From Promethearchaeota archaeon (GTDB taxonomy: Archaea; Asgardarchaeota; Lokiarchaeia; Sigyniarchaeales; SOKP01): a stretch of DNA of 23,042 bases. A model generated the notes under the pieces. It was not told the origin of the DNA and did no database searches. It was given only the letters and a program-made list of their open reading frames with translations. This document shows positions 17,686 through 23,042 of the stretch, one piece after another (positions within the stretch are counted from its first letter, which is position 1; every line of letters begins with the position of its first letter). The position numbers and the translations under genes are program-made. The stretch is taken from the NCBI GenBank assembly GCA_018238625.1, contig JABCSY010000064.1, forward strand, positions 1 through 23,042. Direction: 5' to 3'.

Positions 17686-19359
17686 TTAAATTGCTAATGG
17701 GGGTTCCCAAATACCCCATATTTCTCTGTAAATATCACATATTTCGCCTACTGTTGCTCCTTCTTTTGTAGCTTCCATTATTATAGGCATCACATTTTCT
17801 TCTTTTTCGCAGACGCTTCTTAGTTTGTCTAAAATCTTCTCTAACTTGGCGTTGTCTCTCCTTGCTTTTAACTTGTTAATCCGATCAACTTCAATGTCTA
17901 TAGCTTTTTGCGATGTTCTGAAGACATCTGTGACTGTGTCGTAAGGAACTTGATATTTATTGACACCTAATGTGATTTCCTCTCCTTTTTCAGCGCGTAC
18001 CCTTCTCTTATGGAATGCGTCTCTCATTTCTTTGTAGAGCCAACCCGTAGATAAAGCTTTATCTATGGAACCAACCTTTTGAATTTTGTCCATATATTTC
18101 CATACTCTTTCTTCAATCTCATCTGTTAACCACTCTACGTAATAACTTCCTGCTAATGGATCTATTGTGTTAGTTATTCTGGTTTCGTCTGCGATTACTT
18201 GCTGAGTTCTTAACGCAACTAAGGCGGCTTCCTCTGAGGGTAGACAAATAGCCTCATCGTAAGAATTTGTATGGAGCGATTGACATCCCCCTATGTTAGC
18301 CTCTAAACCTTGAATTGCAGTCCGTACGATGTTAATCATAGGCAATTGCGCCGTTAAAGAGCTTCCCGCGGTTTGTACGTGAAACCTAAAACCAAGATTT
18401 TTAGGATTTTTAACTTCGTATTTATCTTTCATGAGCTTGTGCCATATCCTTCGAGCTGCGCGATATTTTGCTATTTCCTCAAAGAAATCCTTATGAGCTG
18501 CTAAATGAAAAGCTAGTCTACCTACAAAATCATCAGCTTTCCAACCTCTCTCGATTAAGTTATCAATATGAGAACAAGCGCTCGCAAATACGAAACCTAA
18601 CTCTTGAACCGCGTCTATGCCACCTTCGCGGTAGTTATAACCGGTAAAATTAATGGGGTGCCATTTTGGAACGTTCTTTTGAGCTACTGTCCATTCAATA
18701 AAATCACAAGCCACTCGCAACAAATGATTTGGTGGACTGTTTTTATAAGGGATATATCCAACTGTCATCGTTAGTATATCGTTTTGTGTCGTACCCATTA
18801 AATTTTTTATGTCATATCCGCGCATTTTTGCCATGTTAAAATACATTGCACACACAGGAGCACACGTAAAGGGTTCAACAACTAAAGCTACGCTAATTTT
18901 ATCTATAGGTATGTCTTCTGTAAGCGCAAAAAGGCTGTCAATGCAATAAAGCGGAACACCAGATGTACCTACCTCTGGTGCGGCATCAGAGTTTGTAGGG
19001 TCAATTCCGTTAAAAGTAAGCGCGTCGACGGCAGCACTGAATCCCGTCTCACCGTTCTCGTACAAGTATTTCCATCTTAGATTAGTCTCTTCTGGAGTTC
19101 CGTGGCCTGAAAATAACCTCATAGTCCATAATCTTCCACGATACATGGTAGGATAAACCCCTCTTGTATAGGGTTCTTGCCCAGGAAAGTTAACTTTATC
19201 TAAATAATCTCCTTTTACATCTAATGGGGTGTACAACTTTTTTATTGGAATCTCGGAATCAGTTACAAATTTAACATCGCGTTCTTTTGATTCTTTTAGC
19301 TTTTCTTCCCATTTCTCTTTTTCTAATCTAATTTTTTCTAAGTAATCTTTATCAAACAT
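17686..19359 (-). CDS. Acyl-CoA mutase large (substrate-binding) subunit, methylmalonyl-CoA mutase family, divergent active site
   Basis: FPGQEPYTRGVYPTMYRGRLWTMR, GTTQNDIL, FFEEIAKYRAARRIW, FHVQTAGSSLT, QSLHTNSYDEA, DPLAGSYYVE; start ATG 19359 (ORF track gives 19371). Confidence 0.95.
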   Translation of the reverse strand: MFDKDYLEKIRLEKEKWEEKLKESKERDVKFVTDSEIPIKKLYTPLDVKGDYLDKVNFPGQEPYTRGVYPTMYRGRLWTMRLFSGHGTPEETNLRWKYLYENGETGFSAAVDALTFNGIDPTNSDAAPEVGTSGVPLYCIDSLFALTEDIPIDKISVALVVEPFTCAPVCAMYFNMAKMRGYDIKNLMGTTQNDILTMTVGYIPYKNSPPNHLLRVACDFIEWTVAQKNVPKWHPINFTGYNYREGGIDAVQELGFVFASACSHIDNLIERGWKADDFVGRLAFHLAAHKDFFEEIAKYRAARRIWHKLMKDKYEVKNPKNLGFRFHVQTAGSSLTAQLPMINIVRTAIQGLEANIGGCQSLHTNSYDEAICLPSEEAALVALRTQQVIADETRITNTIDPLAGSYYVEWLTDEIEERVWKYMDKIQKVGSIDKALSTGWLYKEMRDAFHKRRVRAEKGEEITLGVNKYQVPYDTVTDVFRTSQKAIDIEVDRINKLKARRDNAKLEKILDKLRSVCEKEENVMPIIMEATKEGATVGEICDIYREIWGIWEPPLAI

Positions 19360-19605
19360 ATTCAAAAACACTTTTTATTTAGCTATGTAATGTTAAACTT
19401 TCATTCAATTTAAAATAAATTTTTGAACTTTAAGATTTTTGATTGTTGTAATAAAATCGTGCCTTGTGCCTTTTTATAAAATAAAATCCATAATTTAATT
19501 TAGGCTGAAATTTTTTTTAATCTACTTAATGTGTAAAGTATTAAATTAAATTCTTTTAATAAATTCTATCTAATCAGAATAGAACAAGTATTTTGTGAGA
19601 AATAA

Positions 19606-20619
19606 ATGACTTTTCAAAATAATGATACGAATAAAGTTAGGCAAGAACTAGAATTGGGGAAGGCACCTATTGCAATTAAAGTTTCTAATCTTGTTAAAAG
19701 ATTTGAGGATCTTATCGCTGTAAACGATGTTTCATTCGAGATTTTTGAAGGAGAAATCGTAGGTATTCTTGGCCCTAATGGTGCTGGTAAAACTACTACC
19801 ATTCGATTATTAACGGGTATTTTTAAATTAGAAGACAAGGCAAAAATCGAAATATTCGGCGAAGATATAACGAAAAATCTAAATAAATACAAAATAAACT
19901 TTGGGATCGTGCCAGAAGTTAGTAATGCTTTTTCAGATTTTACTGTATTGCAAAATCTTAAGTTTGCAGGTGGTATATATGGTTTTCCGAAGAAAGAGAT
20001 TGAAAAGCGCGCGAAAGAACTGCTAGAACAATTTGACTTGATCGATAAAATTCATTCCAAAACAAAGGCGTTATCAAAAGGGCTTAAGCAGCGTCTTAAT
20101 TTTTGTTTAGCGTTATTTCATGAACCACCTATCCTGATTCTAGACGAACCAACAAGTGGATTAGATCCAATCTCCGTAAAAATAATGAGAAACCGAATTC
20201 TTCAATTGAAAAAGGAGGGTAAGACGATTTTAATAACTACTCACAACATGGAAGAAGCAGAAACCATTTCTGATAGAGTATTAATTATGAATAGAGGAAA
20301 GATCATTGCTGATGAAAGTCCTGATAATATTCGCGAGAAATTTAAATCTACATCTACAATCCTATTTAAAATTGTTGGAGTTTTGTCTAACGATCAAAAA
20401 ACTTCCTTGATGGGTACATTCGATAGTATAAATGAAAAAAACGAATATTACTCTATATCTAGCTACGACGTTTTAAAAGATATATCTAAGTTATATAATT
20501 ATACTAAAGAAAATAACTTAGAGATTTCTGATTTTAAAGTGAAAGAAACATCGTTAGAAGAAGTGTTTATCCATCTAATAAAAAAAGATTCAATTTCTAT
20601 GGGAGGATTAGAAAAATGA
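19606..20619 (+). CDS. ABC transporter ATP-binding protein (ABC-2/DrrA-like)
   Basis: GPNGAGKTT, LSKGLKQR, LILDEPTSGLDP, TTHNMEEA, SLEEVF. Confidence 0.95.
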   Translation: MTFQNNDTNKVRQELELGKAPIAIKVSNLVKRFEDLIAVNDVSFEIFEGEIVGILGPNGAGKTTTIRLLTGIFKLEDKAKIEIFGEDITKNLNKYKINFGIVPEVSNAFSDFTVLQNLKFAGGIYGFPKKEIEKRAKELLEQFDLIDKIHSKTKALSKGLKQRLNFCLALFHEPPILILDEPTSGLDPISVKIMRNRILQLKKEGKTILITTHNMEEAETISDRVLIMNRGKIIADESPDNIREKFKSTSTILFKIVGVLSNDQKTSLMGTFDSINEKNEYYSISSYDVLKDISKLYNYTKENNLEISDFKVKETSLEEVFIHLIKKDSISMGGLEK

Positions 20620-21437
20620 TAAGCGATAGTCTAAATAGAATTTGGATATTAAGTAAGAAAAACATCGCGCTCTACATAAAAAGAGGTCCCGTTTTAATTT
20701 TTGGCTTGTTATTTCCTTTCTTCATGACGCTTTCTTGGGCTATTGGTAGAGCCATCCCTATAAATCATGTATTTATTGGAATTGTATCTATGACTTCTTT
20801 TTTCACAGCAACAGCTATTAGTCCTGTAGTGCTCCCTATTGAAACTCGTGAAAAATCTTTAGAAAGAATTTTAGTCTCTCCGATTACATTAAACGAAATT
20901 TTATTAGGGATAGTTATAGCTTCGACTCTATACACACTAATAATTACATCTATAATAACCATTATCTTTATTCTACTGTTTTCAATCGTATTTGATTCAA
21001 TTGCAACGATGTTTTTAATGTTTTTAGGGATTGTTCTAATGTCAATCTTAGGATCTCTATTGGGGGTTTTAGTTGCAGCATACCCTACAGATATGACTTC
21101 TAATGTGATGATTATAATGAATCTTATTAAGTTTCCTGTACTATTTGTGAGCGGCATTTTTATTCCTCTTCATGGTTTGCACCCTTATTTATTATTTTTA
21201 TCCTTTATTTCACCAATAACATTTCTAACTGACTTATTAAGATTCTGCGTAGACGGAACCAATTTCTTTGCGTATCAATTTGATATCGTCTTGTTAACTT
21301 TGTGGATTGTTCTATTATTTATTTTTAGCTATTTTCTACATAAAAAAACAATGCCAAAAAGGTTGGCAGAAACGGGAAAAACAAAGAAAAAAATGAAGAT
21401 GATGAAAAAAAATATAGAAGCATCAAAGGTGTTGTAA
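20616..21437 (+). CDS. ABC-2 type transporter permease
   Basis: Six hydrophobic segments; LERILVSP, FVSGIFIP, SPITFLTD; 4-bp ATGA overlap with the ATPase gene. Confidence 0.92.
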   Translation: MISDSLNRIWILSKKNIALYIKRGPVLIFGLLFPFFMTLSWAIGRAIPINHVFIGIVSMTSFFTATAISPVVLPIETREKSLERILVSPITLNEILLGIVIASTLYTLIITSIITIIFILLFSIVFDSIATMFLMFLGIVLMSILGSLLGVLVAAYPTDMTSNVMIIMNLIKFPVLFVSGIFIPLHGLHPYLLFLSFISPITFLTDLLRFCVDGTNFFAYQFDIVLLTLWIVLLFIFSYFLHKKTMPKRLAETGKTKKKMKMMKKNIEASKVL

Positions 21438-21439
21438 TT

Positions 21440-21742
21440 ATGGCGGATTTTGTAAAAGATTTAGAATTTTTATCAGGTAGGCCAGCGTTAAAGAGAATCG
21501 TTAAATCAAAAAAGAAGTTTAACATAGTTCGCATTTGTTTAGAAAAAGGACTGGAAATAGAACCACACCCAGAACCTTACGCTGTTTTCTTTCTGGTTTT
21601 AGATGGTTCAGGAATATTTACAAACAAGGCAGGAGAATTTGAACTGAAAAAGAATGATTTTATCTTTATAAAAGCCGATGAAATTAGAGGTATAAAATGT
21701 CTTGAAAACTTAGTCGTTTTAGGAGTCCAAGACGGACATTAA
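21440..21742 (+). CDS. Cupin-domain protein, copy 1
   Basis: EIEPHPEP..VFFLVLDGSG.....LKKNDFIFIKADEIRGI. Confidence 0.88.
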   Translation: MADFVKDLEFLSGRPALKRIVKSKKKFNIVRICLEKGLEIEPHPEPYAVFFLVLDGSGIFTNKAGEFELKKNDFIFIKADEIRGIKCLENLVVLGVQDGH

Positions 21743-21791
21743 AACACTTAAATAAAAAAGAAACAAATAAAATGGAAGTGGGATATAAAAA

Positions 21792-22091
21792 ATGAAAGAT
21801 TTTCTGTCAGATTTAGATTTTTTACCAGGTGAACCTCTGTTAAAGACGATTATTAAAGCAAAAATGTTTAATATTAATCGCATCTGCTTAGAAACAGGAT
21901 TGGAAATAGAACCACACCCAGAACCTTACGCTGTATTTTTTTTAGTGTTAGAAGGCTCTGGAATATTTACAAGTGAAGCTGGAGAGGTCACCCTTAAAAA
22001 AAATGGCTTTGTATTTATTAAAGCAGACGAAATAAGAGGGATCAAAACTCTTGAAAACTTAGTGTTTTTAGCTGTTCAGGACGGGCACTAA
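21792..22091 (+). CDS. Cupin-domain protein, copy 2 (tandem paralog)
   Basis: Same motifs as copy 1; 34-nt identical stretch 21552-21585 = 21901-21934. Confidence 0.88.
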   Translation: MKDFLSDLDFLPGEPLLKTIIKAKMFNINRICLETGLEIEPHPEPYAVFFLVLEGSGIFTSEAGEVTLKKNGFVFIKADEIRGIKTLENLVFLAVQDGH

Positions 22092-22219
22092 AACACCTTT
22101 TTTTTAATATTTTTTTTATTAAATTTACAAGTAATTTTATAGTATGTTCTAATCAGATTACATCTTAAAAACAACAATTTGAAGTAAACATATATAGTTA
22201 AAAAACAAAATTATTATAT

Positions 22220-22612
22220 ATGCATAAGGAAGAAATTGGGCTTTTTCTAAAACGAGCTAGAAATTTTTTGGATGGAGCTAAAGAGAGATTTCAGAAAGAA
22301 GATTGGGATTTAACTTGTTTCATGGCAGAACAATCTGTTCAACTTTTTATAAAAGCTATAATTCTAGAAAAAAGTGGTGAAGTTCCCAAAACGCATTCAA
22401 TCAGGAAGTTATTTGGATTAACGTATCAATTGACTAAAGATGAGGTATTCAAATACGATAGAAAAGCCTTAATATTTCTCGAAAGTGCATATTTAAACTC
22501 TAGATATTTTAGCTTTGTTTACGAGAAAGAAGACGCTGAAGAAGCTTTAAAAATTGCTGTAGAGGTAAAAGATCTTGTCGAAAATGTTAGAAATGATGAT
22601 AAGAACGAATGA
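22220..22612 (+). CDS. HEPN-domain protein
   Basis: FLKRARNFL..A, CFMAEQSVQLFIKA, PKTHSIRKL, YLNSRY, DAEEALKIA. Confidence 0.9.
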   Translation: MHKEEIGLFLKRARNFLDGAKERFQKEDWDLTCFMAEQSVQLFIKAIILEKSGEVPKTHSIRKLFGLTYQLTKDEVFKYDRKALIFLESAYLNSRYFSFVYEKEDAEEALKIAVEVKDLVENVRNDDKNE

Positions 22613-22916
22613 TATGATTAAAAATCACAAAAAATATTTAAAAAAAATTGAGAGTAGTATAAAGACTAAATTAAATGATTCTCAAATTTACTTATTTGGG
22701 AGTATACTTAAAGGAGATCTTGTTGCTGGAAGTGATATAGATATCTTAATAATTGCAGATGTTCCTAAAAAACACTTGAAACGAGCAGAATTAATCGCAG
22801 AAATTGAAGAAAATGCCGAATTACCACTTAGTCACCCGTTTGAATTTCATTTATTGACACAAGAAGAATTTATGAGGATATCTCCGGATGGGCGCCTCTG
22901 GGATCGGTGGTTGTAA
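22575..22916 (+). CDS. Minimal nucleotidyltransferase (MNT), partner of HEPN; C-terminus probably replaced from ~22871
   Basis: YLFGSILKGDLVAGSDIDILI (GS-x10-DxD), PFEFHLLTQEEF; overlaps the HEPN gene. Confidence 0.88.
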   Translation: MSKMLEMMIRTNDMIKNHKKYLKKIESSIKTKLNDSQIYLFGSILKGDLVAGSDIDILIIADVPKKHLKRAELIAEIEENAELPLSHPFEFHLLTQEEFMRISPDGRLWDRWL

Positions 22917-23041
22917 AGGAGCATCCTGACTATCCTGATGTTATCTGTGAAATTGAAACCTACAGGGGATGCCCAAGAACAAATCACTGCTCCTTCTGCT
23001 CGGAATCGGTCACAAATACACTGGAATTCAGGGAAGAGGAT
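22871..23041 (+). CDS. Internal fragment of a radical SAM protein (COG1031-like), no start codon, runs off the window end
   Basis: Hand translation YEDISGWAPLGSVVVKEHPDYPDVICEIETYRGCPRTNHCSFCSESVTNTLEFREED; EIETxRGC...CSFC cluster motif; counted 83/172 G+C. Confidence 0.78.
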
Positions 23042-23042
23042 G

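Noticed and set aside
19459-19472. Tandem gtgcctt gtgcctt in the mutase/ABC divergent intergenic region
   Set aside because: Too short to call as an operator without comparative data.
3238-21534. Short overlapping ORFs (3238-3441, 4815-5021, 5035-5220, 5714-5944, 13173-13370, 13812-14012, 19614-19892, 20765-21157, 21325-21534)
   Set aside because: Antisense or alternate-frame shadows of well-supported genes, with no recognisable motifs.
1-23042. CRISPR array, tRNA/rRNA, IS/transposase, cobalamin riboswitch
   Set aside because: No periodic repeats, cloverleaf, transposase motifs or riboswitch consensus recognised by eye; covariance-model searches were not run.

Overview
AT-rich archaeal window whose gene content and style (4Fe-4S/HTH proteins, GPH-type MFS transporter, ArfB-like protein, HEPN-MNT and VapBC modules, GAGGTGA-type RBS) best fit an Asgard (Lokiarchaeia-like) genome; this taxonomy is an inference. 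The core is a B12/acyl-CoA metabolic region: cob(I)alamin adenosyltransferase, a 4Fe-4S protein, DUF169, a two-subunit CoA-transferase, nitroreductase, carboxylesterase, MFS transporter, ArfB-like deformylase, and MeaB plus a split, divergent acyl-CoA mutase. It is followed by an ABC-2 exporter, tandem cupins and a HEPN-MNT pair. Main discovery: the cobO/btuR gene (minus strand) is interrupted inside its P-loop by a 29-nt insert (5464-5492) with in-frame stops. The insert folds as an archaeal bulge-helix-bulge/loop splicing motif, and cutting at the canonical endonuclease positions exactly restores GRGKGKTTAALG, making it a candidate tRNA-endonuclease-type intron in a protein-coding mRNA. Other observations: a 26-bp direct repeat (967-992 / 2353-2378) duplicating the 3' end of a MaoC-like gene brackets a VapBC+DUF3795 islet, and there are two abrupt chimeric-looking junctions (carB to maoC-like at ~867; MNT to radical SAM at ~22870).
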